A stretch of 64,000 nucleotides of DNA from Eledone cirrhosa (GCA_964016885.1 OZ024754.1:35712001-35776000), one strand, 5' to 3'; shown: positions 44,894 through 60,100, counted from the stretch's first letter. Made by a program: numbers and translations. The notes: generated from the letters alone by a model not told the origin.

Positions 44894-45199
44894 TTACAGG
44901 GCGACCATTTTGGTAGAGGATTTGTAGTAGTAATGGTGATGATGGTGACGTGAGCGAAGGTTAAATGTTTCGAGGTGGGGGAGTGTTTTACAATGACGTG
45001 TTTGTGACAATAAATATGGTAGTGAAGGTTGGTGAAGTGGGCGAGCTGGCTATGGAAACCTGGTGGTAATAATATATAGTGACGTGGGTGGGTTGTTGGT
45101 TGTGTTGGTGTTAACAGCGATGGTGGAGGGGAGGGGGGGGGCACTGTGGATATTGAGACTTATATTGAAAGCTGGTAATTCGATAGTTGATCGGTTGAC

Positions 45200-45608
45200 A
45201 GATGGTCATGATGGTGATGGTGATGATGGTGATGGTGGTGATGGTGGTGATGGTGAGGGTGGTATTGGTGATGATGATAGTGATGGTGATGATGATGATG
45301 ATGATGGTGATGGTGAGGGTGATGATGATGGTGATGGTGATGGTGATGATGGTGATGGTGGTGATGGTGATGGTGATGATGGTGATGATGATGATGGTGA
45401 TGATGCTGATGCTGACGGTGATGGAGATGGTGTTGGTGATGATGACAATGATGGTGATGATGGTGATGGTGGTGATGGTGATGATGATGGTGGTGATGGT
45501 GATGGTGATGATGATGATGATGGTGATGGTGACGATGATGGTGATGATGCTGATGGTGATGGAGATGGTGATGATGACCACAATGATGATGATGGTGATG
45601 ATGATGTT
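45200..45608. repeat. (GAT/GGT)n array
   Basis: Seen directly. Confidence 0.9.
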
Positions 45609-45747
45609 ACTATTCAAAGGCGGTGGATTGATGGCAGAGTTGTAAGGGCGCCGGATTAAACACCGTGGGATATTTTCCGGCTCATTACACTCTTCTTCAT
45701 CTTCATCTTCTTCTTCTTCTTCTGCTGCTGCTACTACTACTACTACA

Positions 45748-45782
<35 letters not shown>

Positions 45783-46107
45783 CACTACTACTACTACTGC
45801 TGCTGTTGATAATACTACTACTAGTATTTGGACGCCGCATGGCCGAATAGTTAAGAAGTAGGATTCGCACTCACAGGTTTCCACGTATGATTCCCGCAGT
45901 GTAGTGACCTGGGTAAATATCATCTATCTTAGCCGCGGATCAACCCAAGATTTTCCTCGATAAAGTACCGTTGTTGTTGTTGTAGTTGCTGATGTTGATG
46001 TTTATGTTTGAAAGATCTCAAGATTGTGTCCTTCAACAAGACACTTTATTTCATGATACTGCAGTGATCTCAGATGGAAAACGTAAGTTGTACATATAAA
46101 TGCAAAG

Positions 46108-46265
46108 GGTCGGCCGTTTCGACGTCTATTTCCAGAAATAGCCGTCGAAACGGCTTCAGCTCTGCCGTCGGGGTCATACTTTCTCCTATTACCCACTCTA
46201 CTACCCTAAGTATTGAGTACTCTGGTGCGTTATGATCCATCTTGTTCCTTACCACAACTCCTTCG

Positions 46266-46268
<3 letters not shown>
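46108..46268 (+). mobile_element. Family A element
   Basis: Shared family sequence. Confidence 0.75.
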
Positions 46269-46323
<55 letters not shown>

Positions 46324-46347
46324 GCTGCAGTGTTTTCTATACCTTTC

Positions 46348-46392
<45 letters not shown>

Positions 46393-46394
<2 letters not shown>

Positions 46395-46568
46395 GTATTT
46401 CCCGCCCGGCGTCGAAGACGCTTCGTCCGCGAAGACGCACCCTAACTTTGACAACCAAAATTTAAAAAAAATAATAATAATAAACAACCTTCGTCCTCCA
46501 GGAGGCATGGTAGATTTTTGAGACTTATTTTAGGGAAAAAGTAGCCTCTTCGACGCCGGGAAATACGG
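46393..46568. mobile_element. CCGTA-TIR MITE, longer copy
   Basis: ta|ccgtatttccc...cttcgacgccgggaaatacgg|ta. Confidence 0.78.
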
Positions 46569-46951
46569 TACGTTAAGGGTAGACATATCGGTACAATACT
46601 GAGTCACCTGCACGTTGATTTCACAAGCAGGCTGTTCTGTTGATCAAACAATTGAAACACTCATCATCGAAACTGACGGAGGTCCAACATGTCGTCGTGC
46701 CTATTTACAGGTTAGTGAACTAAACCATATATAAGTAAGGAGAGTAGATGTATTATTAGTGACAACATCCTTCGTATTTGTAATCAAGCTAAGCTTTAAA
46801 TTTATAAACGTTTCTATGTCCGGCACTAAATTAATCATTGAACAATGTGTGTATGTGTATATTTTAATTGTGCATGTATGCGTTTGGATGTATGTATATA
46901 TACGTGTGTATGTGTGCGTGTCTATATATATATATATATACGTGTGTGTGT

Positions 46952-46993
<42 letters not shown>

Positions 46994-47042
46994 TTGTGTG
47001 TGAGTGTGTCTATATATATATATATGCAATATATACATATAT

Positions 47043-47084
<42 letters not shown>

Positions 47085-47158
47085 GTGCGTGTGTGTGTGT
47101 GTGCGTGTGTTTGTGTGTGTGTGTGTGTTTGTGTGTGAGTGTCTCTCTCTTTCTCTCA

Positions 47159-47198
<40 letters not shown>

Positions 47199-47244
47199 TT
47201 GTGTGTGAGTGTGTCTATATATATATATACAATATATACATATA

Positions 47245-47301
<57 letters not shown>

Positions 47302-47309
47302 GTGTGTGC

Positions 47310-47344
<35 letters not shown>

Positions 47345-47348
47345 AGTG

Positions 47349-47387
<39 letters not shown>

Positions 47388-47388
<1 letters not shown>

Positions 47389-47589
47389 GGAACAAGTAAG
47401 ACCCCGACGGCTGAGCTCAAGCCGTTTCGACGGCTAATTCTGTACAGAATTGAGTCCAGAATTAGCCGTCGAAACGGCTTGAGCTCAGCCGTCGGGGTCT
47501 TACTTGTTCCTATTACCCACTCTACTACCCTAAGTATTGAGTACTTTGGTGCGTTATGGTCCACCTGGTTCCTTACCACATTTCCTTCG

Positions 47590-47592
<3 letters not shown>
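47388..47592 (+). mobile_element. Family A fold-back element, near-perfect arms
   Basis: About 55-bp arms plus tail, in (TA)n. Confidence 0.85.
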
Positions 47593-47659
<67 letters not shown>

Positions 47660-47838
47660 CAAAGAACAAAGTGTGATAAGATACCAGGTGCACCAGGACT
47701 CACCTAAAAAAACGTCTAAAGTCTGTCTTATTTGTGCCTTTCCTTTCTTCTATCCTACGCCATTTTGTTTCTGTGTGTGAAACAAAGTGGCGTAGGATAG
47801 AAGAAAGGAAAGGCACAGAAACGAAGAAAGGAATCCCC

Positions 47839-47883
47839 AGTCACTGAAGAGGTCACAGAGTGTGTGACGAAAGGACTATGACT
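47839..47883 (+). ncRNA. Minimal hammerhead motif, family I
   Basis: AGUCA-CUGAAGA-G-GUCACA-GAGUG-UGUGAC-GAAA-GGAC-UA-UGACU. Confidence 0.72.
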
Positions 47884-48170
47884 ATATATATAAACAACTA
47901 TCTGGTTGTGGAACCAACCAACCAACCAGAAATTTATAAGTTTGTAGATTTGTAGATTTGTAAATTTATAAATTTATAAATATATAATAAATTGAAGTGA
48001 AAGCAACTGGTGCGTGTGTTTCTTATTGGCAACATGACCCTCCAAAAGTATAACAATATATATATACATATATATATATATGAATACATATATATATATA
48101 TACATATATATATATGAATATATATATATATATATATGAATACATATATATATATATACATATATATATA

Positions 48171-48225
<55 letters not shown>

Positions 48226-48411
48226 CAAAAACCCTCCATCTCAATTCTACTTTTGAAAAGCATAAGAACTGTGAAACCGGTAAAGGGAACACATAAATAT
48301 TCTTTAAAAGACTCCAGTTGCATTTTCGATTTTATCTTTTTTCCTTATACTTTCACTCGTATAAGACATCTCGTTTTTTTTTTCATTTAAAAAAATACTC
48401 GTTTTCTTATA

Positions 48412-48546
48412 TAAAGAGGATCCGCTAAGGTGAAACAATTGTTCTCGGTATGGTGAACTAACTGTTGTGTAACCACTTCTACCTAACTCGTCCCATGGAT
48501 TGAGTGCTCTACCACTACGGATATTACCTTCCAGTGTTCTACCACT
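48412..48546 (+). mobile_element. Family G pLTR-like element (rearranged fragment at 24172-24223)
   Basis: tatggtgaactaactgttgtg and ccttccagtgttctacc shared; hammerhead-like 3' half GAAACAAUUGUU. Confidence 0.55.
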
Positions 48547-49064
48547 ATATATATCTATATATATATATATATGAATAAAGTTAGTCCTTCATCAGTGATC
48601 TTCCAACCATCATTGGTATTTCATCGCTTTAAAGACCATATACCTCCGGTTGGTGCGAGCAACGGCTAAAAAAAGTCGTTGGGACTCGTAAATAAAGGGG
48701 ACACGAGAGTGTAAACAAACAAAGATGGTGAAGCACCGTATTTCCCGGCGTGGAAGATGCTTCGTCGTCGAAGACGCACCCTAATTTGAAAAAAAAAAAA
48801 AAAAATAACCTTCGGCCTCGAGAACGCATGGTAGATTTTTTAGACTTATTTTATGAAAAAAGTAGCGTCGGGGACGTAAGCAGACGAATATGTTTTGCCT
48901 GCAGGATATCACATAAACCTGAATTCATCTGATGATATCGCACCCATAATACTGCAAATAATGCAATTACTGCACCGTGAATGCATTCGAGTCGCCATAG
49001 AAATAATTACAATGAGTAAACAGTTTATGTAAACACAGCAGCATTCTTAATGATGTATACACAC

Positions 49065-49102
<38 letters not shown>

Positions 49103-49123
49103 ATGTACGTATGCATACATGTC

Positions 49124-49158
<35 letters not shown>

Positions 49159-49163
49159 GTATA

Positions 49164-49286
<123 letters not shown>

Positions 49287-49288
49287 GC

Positions 49289-49356
<68 letters not shown>

Positions 49357-49364
49357 ATATATGC

Positions 49365-49414
<50 letters not shown>

Positions 49415-49416
49415 GC

Positions 49417-49464
<48 letters not shown>

Positions 49465-49483
49465 ATTTATATATATATATATA

Positions 49484-49528
<45 letters not shown>

Positions 49529-49769
49529 ACACCAGAATGGATGCAGTAAAAGCCAGTTTGACCATTACTCACCATATTACTCGATACATACATACATATA
49601 TATATATAAGTGTGTGTGTGTGTGTGTGAGTGTGTGTGTGCGTATGTACGTATGTGTGTATGTATATGTACATATGTATATGTGAATATCGATTGTACAA
49701 TGATGCATCAATCAATTTTGTCATATCATATATTTATATTTGTATGGGGGAGCGTGTGCATGTGTATGT

Positions 49770-51560
49770 ATGCATACATATACATATACATACATACACG
49801 CATACATACATATATACATACATGCAAATATGCATACATACATACATGCATGCATGCACACACACATACATACATACATACATACTTACATACATACATA
49901 CATGCAAACATGCATGCATGCACACACACATACATACATACTTACATACATACATATATACATGCATACATACATACATGCATACACACACACATACATA
50001 CATACATACTTACATACATACATACATACATGCAAACATGCATGCATGCACACACACATACATACATACTTACATACATACATACATACATGCATGCATA
50101 CACATACATACATATAGATATACATACATACATACAAACATACTTACATACATACATTCATACATACATATAGATATACACACATACATACATACTTACA
50201 TACATACATACATACATATAGATATACATACATACATACATACTTACATACATACATACACACACACACACTTACATACATACATACATACATACAATCA
50301 TACATACATACATACATACATATAGATATACATACATACATACTTATATACATACATACACACACACATACATACATGCATACATGCATACACACACATA
50401 CACACATACATACATACATACACACACACATACACACATACATACATACATACATACACACACACATACACACATACACACATACACACATACACACACA
50501 CATACACACATACATACATACGTGCATGCATATTTTAAACTTTTGTCCTAACAGAGCGAGATAAGACTATCTGCACTCTATCACCAGATATCGCCATTAA
50601 AAAATGTTGTTGTTGCTATAGTTGTTGTTACTGTTGTTGTTCTTGTTGTTGTAGTTGTTGTTATTGCTGTTGTTGTTATTGTTGTTGTTGCTGCAATAAA
50701 TATTGCTTCTTCTGCACCCTGATCACAAACTGTATTTGCATGAACATGTTTCTACAGTGAACCTATGTATGTATGTGTGTGTGTATGTATGTATGTATGT
50801 ATGTATGTATGTATGTATGTATGTATGTGTGTGTGTATGTATGTATGTATGTATGTATGTATGTGTGTGTGTATGTATGTGTGTATGTATGTATGTATGT
50901 ATGTATGTATGTATGTATGTATGTGTGTGTACATGCATGCATGTATGTATGTATGCATGCATGTATGTATGTATGTATGTATGCATGTATGTGTGTATGT
51001 GTGTATGTGTGTATGTATGTATGATGTATTCATATGTTTATATGCGTGCATTATGTACGTGTGTATGTATGCATGCATGTATGTATGTATGTATGTATGC
51101 ATGTATGTGTGTATGTGTGTATGTATGATGTATTCATATGTTTATATGCGTGCATGCATGCATTATGTATGTGTGTATGTATGTATGCATGCATGCATGT
51201 ATGTATATATGTATGTATGTATATATGTATGTATGTATATATGTATATATGTATATATGTATGTATATATGTATGTATATATATATGTATATATATATAT
51301 GTATGTATATATGTATGTATGCATGTATGTATGTAGGCATGTATGCGTGCATGTATGTATGTATATATGTATGTATGTATGTATATATGTATGAATGCAT
51401 GTATGTAGGTATGTATGTAGCGTGCATGTATGTATGTATATATGTATGTATATATGAATGTATGTATATATGTATGTATGTATGCATGTTTGTATGCATT
51501 TGTGCATGCAAGTATGTATGTATATATATATATATATACGTGTGTGTGTGTATGTGTGTA
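49770..51560. repeat. (CATA)n block and (TATG)n block facing each other across about 235 bp
   Basis: 49770-50530 and 50765-51560. Confidence 0.9.
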
Positions 51561-51671
51561 TCCCGGGTTCAATCGGGGGTAACCACATAGCAGAGTATAA
51601 ATATTTAATATAGAAATGACTTCTACAGGGCTAGAACTGTTTCATTCGAAAGAAATCAGATGATTTCGTTC

Positions 51672-51709
<38 letters not shown>

Positions 51710-51734
51710 ATATATACTTATATATACAAATATA

Positions 51735-51797
<63 letters not shown>

Positions 51798-51801
<4 letters not shown>

Positions 51802-51960
51802 GTTTCTACTTTTCGCACAAGGCCAGCAATTACTCAGTACATTACTGGTACTTTATTTTATCGACCCCGTAAGGATGAAAGGCAAAGTTAACCTCGGCGG
51901 AATTTGAGCTCAGAATGGAAAGGGCCGTAACTCTATGCGTCAAAGCATGGCGTCCGACCT
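51798..51960 (-). mobile_element. MetaSINE-like fragment
   Basis: Same core. Confidence 0.8.
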
Positions 51961-52284
51961 TATATATAATGTTACCATAAGGTTATAAGAACGACATCAT
52001 GTATGGTTAACTAATGTGAAATCTGCAGATATTGTAGCTGGAATATAATTTGGCTCATGGTATGGTCCCGAAATTCCTGAGGGTTTCGTAGATGCGTCAT
52101 CAGGTGTTTCTTTGGCCATTTAAAACCTGGCGGAGCTCATTCCTTCTCCATATCTGAATAGAGCAGACTTCTTCCGGAGAAGGTCAAAGAGTGAGAGAAT
52201 GAAAGTGGAAAAAAGATATAAAAGAAAAATTGACCCCAGTACTAAACTGATACTTTTTTAGCGGCCTACAGTTATATACATTTT

Positions 52285-52690
52285 ATCAGGGACTCCAAAA
52301 GAAATTTTTACAAGGCAGTACAAAATCCCTTTGGGTCCCTAAGCAGGCAAAGATCTTTCACAAAATGGATGTTGCATGGTTGCTGTGGGACCTTCCTAGC
52401 TCTTGGTCCCCAGAACAAAGTACCGACAGGACATCCCATCCCTCTCATAGGCTCTGCCTCTTATCAATAGTCCATTGTTATCTATCTGTCATCAGGGCCT
52501 CCAAAAGAAATTTTGCAAGGCGGTACAAAACCCATTTGGATCCCGAAGCAGGCAAAGATTTTTCTCAAAATTGATGTGGCCTGGTTGCTGTGGGCCCTTG
52601 TTAGCTCCTGGGCCCCGGAATAAAGTACCGGGTCGACATCCCTCGCCCTCTCATAGGTCCTGCTTGTTATCAATAGTCCACTGTTATCTT
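52285..52690. repeat. Diverged tandem duplication, about 205-bp unit x2
   Basis: atcaggg.ctccaaaagaaatttt...tcaatagtcca.tgttatct at about 52285 and 52491. Confidence 0.8.
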
Positions 52691-52774
52691 CTCTCCTACA
52701 GAGGCCAAGTAGATGGCTGCCGAAAATAACACCAGAAATAAATAACCAGCCATCATAATTCAAAAGTACCGTAG

Positions 52775-52829
<55 letters not shown>

Positions 52830-53436
52830 AATATATATATATTTATTAAAATAACATAAAGTTTAAGCAAAGAATCGGTGCTTTCACCCTTAACGGGATC
52901 TTTTTTTCGTTTCAATAGATCCCGTTAAGGGTGAAAGCAGCGATTCTTTGCTTAAACTTTATTCTGTTATTTTAATAAATATATATATATATTTCATTCG
53001 CCTATTATAGGGGTTGCCTCCCTTACTGATCCCCACGTGGGGTCAGCAACAGTCTTCCCCTGTATTACTGAACTAAAAGCCTGTTGAAAAAGTGACTTCC
53101 TTGTTCATCATCTTACCAGAAGCCTGACATTATTTATGTAGGCGGACGGTACCTGATTTCGGAGTCGCAGAAACCCAAATGCTGGATTTTACCATCACTC
53201 CAGGGGTCTGAGTAAATTTTTCAATCATGTATATTTTTATTTGTTTGACCCGTATTACTTGATCGTTTTTTGGGGGGGCTGTGCCAATGATTGTTTAACC
53301 ATCGTCTCAGTGTGTTTGGTATTAAACGTTAGTTATAGCTCTGGTTCATCCGAACCATTGAGCACTTTGCCATACATCTCGGACATTGTTTTTCGTTATT
53401 TCGTGGGCCGAAGTTGCGATTCTCGATAATTTTATT

Positions 53437-53524
<88 letters not shown>

Positions 53525-53729
53525 CATACAGGAATGCGTATATACATATATACAAAAATATATACATAGTCATATATGAAACATAGAAATCACATATCAA
53601 TATGTCCACTCGTCAACGTCAGCGCTTATCACAGTTACCATGGATACGAGTTTTCTGGCAGGCAGCTGCAAATGCAATGTCCACACACAATATTGCTATA
53701 TACATCACATGGTCACCAAAACTTTATGG

Positions 53730-53816
<87 letters not shown>

Positions 53817-53913
53817 TGTAGATGGACAAGGAATGTTTAAGTGCAGAATATGTTGTGACTCATACAATGACATAAGAATGCATATATATGTATATATATG
53901 TATATATACATAC

Positions 53914-53961
<48 letters not shown>

Positions 53962-54309
53962 ATGTATATGAGTGTGTATATGTGTGTGTGGATTCTAATG
54001 TCACCGAATGACTCACAACCAATACATGCCCCCCCCCCCCCAGCCACAGTCGTTAATTGATTCTCTTTTATTATCCATCGCCTCTAGTATGATTGACTAT
54101 TTATCGATCTACGTATTAAACACCAATAGACACATAGGATATAATCGATAGTACCTTTGTGGATACTGGATAGCAATGCAAAGTTCTCTTTCTTTTTCTC
54201 TTCTTTCTCTTCTTTCTCCCTCTCTCTCTCTTTCACCTCTCTCTCCCTATCTTTCTCTTCCTTCTCTTTCTCTCCCTCTCCCCCTCTTTATTCATGCCTC
54301 CTCTTTCTC

Positions 54310-55030
54310 TATGTATGTGTGTATATATGTATGTATGTATGTATGTTTGTATGTTTGTATGTATGTATGTATGTGTGTATGTGTGTATGTGTGTATGTAT
54401 GTGTGTATGTGTGTATGTTTGTATGTATGTATGTATGTATGTATGTATGTGTGTATGTATGTATGTGTGTGTGTTTGTATGTGTGTATGTGTGTATGTAT
54501 GTATGTGTGTGTGTTTGTATGTATGTATGTGTGTATGTATGTATGTATGTATGTATGTATGTATGTATGTGTGTGTGTGTGTTTGTATGTATGTATGTAT
54601 GTATGTATGTATGTATGTGTGTATGTGTGTATGTTTGTATGTATGTATGTATGTATGTATGTATGTATGTATGTATGTATGTGTGTATGTGTGTATGTGT
54701 GTATGTATGTATGTATGTGTATGTATGTATGTATGTGTGTATGTATGTATGTATGTGTGTATGTGTGTATGTGTGTATGTTTGTATGTATGTATGTATGT
54801 GTGTATGTTTGTATGTATGTATGTATGTGTGTATGTGTGCATGCATGTATGTATGTGTGTATGTATATGTGTATGTACTGTATGTACGCATTATGGCTTT
54901 ATATATGTATGGCTGTATGTATGTATGATTGTATATATGTATGTATGGCTGTATATATGTATGTATATATGTATGTATCCATGTATGGCTATATACAAGT
55001 ATGGCTGTATGTACGGCTGAATGTATAGCT
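54310..55030. repeat. (TATG/TG)n array
   Basis: Seen directly. Confidence 0.92.
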
Positions 55031-55334
55031 GTATATATCTATCTATGTATCACTCTCTCTACTCTCTCTCTCTATATATATAGATATATATATTTATTAA
55101 AATAACAGATTAAAGTTTAAGCAAAGAATCGCTGCTTTCACCCTTAACGGGATCTTCTGAAACTAACAAAGTCAATCTGTGAACGCAGAAGTGAATATTT
55201 CAAAAAACGTTGCAACCGGAGGAAGTATTTTAATAAATATTTGCTCTACGGTTCTTATATATTTGATATATATTTGATATATATTTATCCTTATCGAGCC
55301 CTCTTTGGATTTTAGTCTTCAAATTTATTATTAT

Positions 55335-55373
<39 letters not shown>

Positions 55374-55379
<6 letters not shown>

Positions 55380-55708
55380 TTCAAAATATTAACAAAATAG
55401 ATATTCTTGTGATCAAGTATATTTTATTATACATATTTCAGAGGTACTGAGTTAACTTCAACAGTACGTCCCCATCATCAGTATGTCATGCATCATCTTA
55501 TTTTATCTGATGAGGACGTACTGTTGAAGTTAACTCAGTACCTCTGAAATATGTATAATAAAATATACTTGATCACAAGAATATCTATTTTGTTAATATT
55601 TTGAATTAATATTAATAACTCCGGAAAACCATAACTGTTGAGTGCTTCCAATCTATTGTAAAACTCATTCTTTGATTCATTCATTGAACCTTGTTTAACC
55701 TTTAAATA
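55374..55708 (+). mobile_element. Family C-related pLTR fold-back element with hammerhead motif at 55499-55567
   Basis: About 98-bp arms 55374-55471 / 55514-55611; UAUUUUAU-CUGAUGA-ggacguacug..caguaccucu-GAAA-UAUGUA-UA-AUAAAAUA. Confidence 0.8.
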
Positions 55709-55861
55709 TATATATACATATATATATATATATAAGGAAAAGAAATCGAAAATGTAACTGGAGGCTTTTTAAGAAAATTTATTTATTTTCTTTATCGGTT
55801 TCACAATTATTATGCTTTTCAAAATTACAATTGAGATGGAAGGCTTGTGTTTTTTTTTGCC

Positions 55862-55920
<59 letters not shown>

Positions 55921-55986
55921 AATATATATATGTATATATATATATAAATATATATATACACACACACAGACACACACACACACACA

Positions 55987-56111
<125 letters not shown>

Positions 56112-56121
56112 GTATATATAT

Positions 56122-56311
56122 AGGAAAAATTATGACCCCGACGGCAGAGCTCAAGCCGTTTCGACAGCTATTTCAGTCCAGAAATAGCCGTCGAATCGGC
56201 TTGAGCTCTACCGTCGGGGTCATAATTTTTCCTATTTCACACTCTACTACCCTAAGTATTGAGTACTCTGGTGCGTTATGGTCCATCTGGTTCCTTACCA
56301 CATTTCCTTCG

Positions 56312-56313
<2 letters not shown>
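56122..56313 (+). mobile_element. Family A fold-back element
   Basis: Inverted arms around agtcca plus tail. Confidence 0.8.
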
Positions 56314-56359
<46 letters not shown>

Positions 56360-58281
56360 CGGTGGATTGTTAGGTATATATGTAAAGATATTGATAAATC
56401 ATACAAAAAGCCATGTTTGGTGCATTGCTGTAGAGATATACAGTAATGTATTAGTATTTATAAAGTACCATAAGTGAACTTATCGTCTGATCTTTCATTG
56501 CTTTAATCGTCTCGATCTTCAGGCCTTTTAATATCACATAGGAAAACATGACAAAAATATGAAAATAAAACATATCTTACACACACACACACACGCACGC
56601 ACACATACACACACACGCGCACGCACACACAAGATTATAAGTAACTAGATATATTTTATGGAATACTTAAGATTCAAGCACAGGCATCGTTTGATACGTG
56701 ACACTTTTTGTTATCGATGGTATTCCTGGCCAGAGGCAATTCCCAAGACTAAAACGCCACCACAGTGATGCTCTTATCTAAGTATCAAACGATGATGTTA
56801 CTCGAAATCAAGTTGCAGCCATCATCAGGTATGTATGTATGTATGTATGTATGTATGTATGTATGTATGTATGTATGTATGTATGTATGTATGTTCTTCT
56901 GGTTTTATAATTTCACAAAGTTTTACCAATAGAGAGAGAGAGTCGGTTTCTAACATAGACACAAGACTCTCTCATTGGAATTTACACAACATCAACTAGG
57001 TAGATATGTATGTATGTCTGCATGCATGCATGCATGTGTAGATATGGATGTTATTGTATGAGTGGATGTGTATGTTTTGAGTTGTATGTGTGCATGTGTA
57101 TATGCTTTGTATCTGTACATGTGTATATGCAGTTATCAGATGCAAAATTTTTGGAATGTTTTACATATTTTTACTGTTCCATTAATGGATTGTACTTGTA
57201 ATTTCCTAATTATTTGTGTATGTATGTATGTATGTATGTATGTATGTTATCTCTTTCTCTTAATTTCGAGTATATTTTTTTGACTGACCACCTTCCTGGT
57301 GGCAAGGTTGTAAAAGAAAAGAAATTGTCATCCCTTGAATCGCAAGAATGTTTTGCAAATTTTGAAGGTGCCAACTATCGCAGCCATTTGTAGACTATGA
57401 ATTAGGGAGCTGTATTCCTTAGTGCCATCTGTCTCAATATATTCTTCCTCGTTTGTTATATGTATGTATGTATGTATATATCTACGTATGTCTATATATA
57501 TGTATGTATGTATATATGTATGTATATATATATATATGTATGTATGTATCTATGTATATGTGTATGTATGTATGTATGTATGTATGTATGTATGTATGTA
57601 TGTATGTATGTATGTACATATGTACGTATGCCTGTATATATGTATGTATGTATACATGTATGTATATATATATATATATGTATGTATGTATGTATCTATG
57701 TATGTATGTATGTATGTAAGTATGTATGTATGTTCTACTGGTTATATAATTCTATAAATGTTTACCAATAGAGTGTCAGTCCGTTACTAACATAGAAGAG
57801 ATATACTTTTAATTCAAATCACATGTCTAGTCACACGCTGTCACGTTGAACTTCCCTGCAGATTACTTTAAAGGCACACACATATGTGTAGAATGCTCAG
57901 CCACTTACTCTAGAATACAAATTCAAAAGACCAACCTTATCACACATCGCGTTATGCCGAATTTCCCTGAGATTTAATTACGTAAAGGGCAGACCGACGT
58001 TCTTTGTAGCATGTTTAACTACTTGCACGATATTTTCACGAGCAGGTCGTTCCGTTCATCGAACAACTGGTACGATGATCGTCGAAATAGACGGAGGACC
58101 ACTCATTCCACTCATTGGAAATCGCAAGTTTCATGTTTGTTAGAAGAATGCATTCCTAATTATTGACGCTCGCCTATCTTTCCGTCCAGTTTGTGAACCG
58201 AATCTTGGCACAGAATCAGAACTACCTTTCAGCCATTTTCTTTTAACATTTTTATCTAAATTTATGGAATTATATTTCATA

Positions 58282-58317
<36 letters not shown>

Positions 58318-58367
58318 TTATATTTGATTATTATTAATATTATTATTATTATTTCGTTTCATTTCCT

Positions 58368-58425
<58 letters not shown>

Positions 58426-58558
58426 CTTGTATTTATTTATCTTTATATTTATTCTAATTCTTTTTTGTCTCGTGTTTTCGATTTTGTTATTGTTGTTGTT
58501 ATTGTTGTTGTTGTTGCGGGTTTGGGATGGTGTCGTTGTTGAAGGTGGTGGTGTGGGT

Positions 58559-58596
<38 letters not shown>

Positions 58597-58747
58597 CAAC
58601 TCGTATAGTTTCATGCAAATATCGATTTCAATAGCTATCTGTATAGATTGGCTTAAGCATAAAACATACATACGCATACGTATGTACGTAGTACATGTAT
58701 GCGGATGTATTGCATGATTGCATATATATACATACACACGTATACAA

Positions 58748-58833
<86 letters not shown>

Positions 58834-58974
58834 CGAAATCAAAGTTTCATACACTTAACATGTATGTGCTACTAATAATTTAGGGGCCCAGTTCTGGCCA
58901 CCACTGTAAACTAGCCTTTCATTTAGGCACGTGGACGAATTTATATATATATGTGTGTGTGTGTGTATAAGCAC

Positions 58975-59025
<51 letters not shown>

Positions 59026-59198
59026 TAATAAAAACAATGAATAAAAAGAAAGAAACAGTTCCTTATATTAAAAAATTCATCATTTTACGATCGTTTCTAG
59101 GATATATATTGGTATGTATATCATATAGATCTATGTAAAAATGTTACAAACTATCAGAGGAAATATACATACCTACACATATATATGCTGTCTTCAGA

Positions 59199-59309
<111 letters not shown>

Positions 59310-59310
59310 C

Positions 59311-59670
59311 GAAAACGAAAATTCAGTGATGCATCTGAACTCAATTTATTTTGTGTTACAATTGTTTCGCCGGCGGACAGCTGGAGACACGATCATTGTG
59401 TGGATCTGTTTGATTCTGGACCCGCAGGTTCGACGGACACGTCTAATGATTTCGAAATCCTTAGACGTGTCCGTCGAACCTGCGGGTCCACAATCAGACA
59501 GACCCACACAATGATCGTGTCTCCAGCTGTCCGCCGGCGAAACAATTGTAACACAAAATAAATTGAGTTCAGATGCATCACTGATTTTTCGTTTTCTATT
59601 ATATCACACTCTGCTCTCTAAGAGCATAGAGTGCTCAACCGGAATACCGCCTATGGAAGCATCTTAGCTA
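59311..59670 (+). mobile_element. Family D: 286-bp loopless palindrome (59311-59596) plus tail
   Basis: 143-bp arms centred on ttc|gaa; hammerhead 3' half GAAACAAUUGUA at 59539-59550; GAGTGCT at 59629. Confidence 0.75.
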
Positions 59671-59742
59671 CCATCAGATAGAGCGAAGATAATACGTCGT
59701 TATGTGGAGAGATTAGAACAATTTCTTGCAAACACAAAAACA

Positions 59743-60100
59743 TGGCAGTATCGGTAGAGGGTTGGACGCCATGCTTTGCAGCAAAGAGTTACGGCCCTTT
59801 ATGATCTGAGTTCAAATCCCGCCAGGGTTAACTTTGCCTTTCATCCTTACGGGGTCGATAAAATAAAGTACCAGTAATACACTGGAATTATCGCTGGCCT
59901 TGTGCCAAAAGTAGAAATAATTATTAATAGATTGCCAGTATCGGTCGGTAGAGGATCGGACGCCATGCACGGCCCTTTACGATCAGAGTTCAAATGCTGC
60001 CGAAGTTAACTTTGCATTTTATTGTTACGAGGTCGATCGAATGAAGTACCAGTAATGCACCGGGACAATTGCTGGCATTGTGCCAAAAGTAGAAACAGTT
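59743..60100 (+). mobile_element. Two tandem MetaSINE-like copies (59743-59922, 59932-60100)
   Basis: Same head, core and tail. Confidence 0.8.

Noticed and set aside
43594-45659. Gly/Cys/His-rich (GGGSCHGG) and Asp/Gly-rich ORFs resembling structural proteins
   Set aside because: Frame shifts within the array, open frames on both strands and no signal peptide; best explained as (GGT)n/(GAT)n minisatellites. RNA-seq would settle it.
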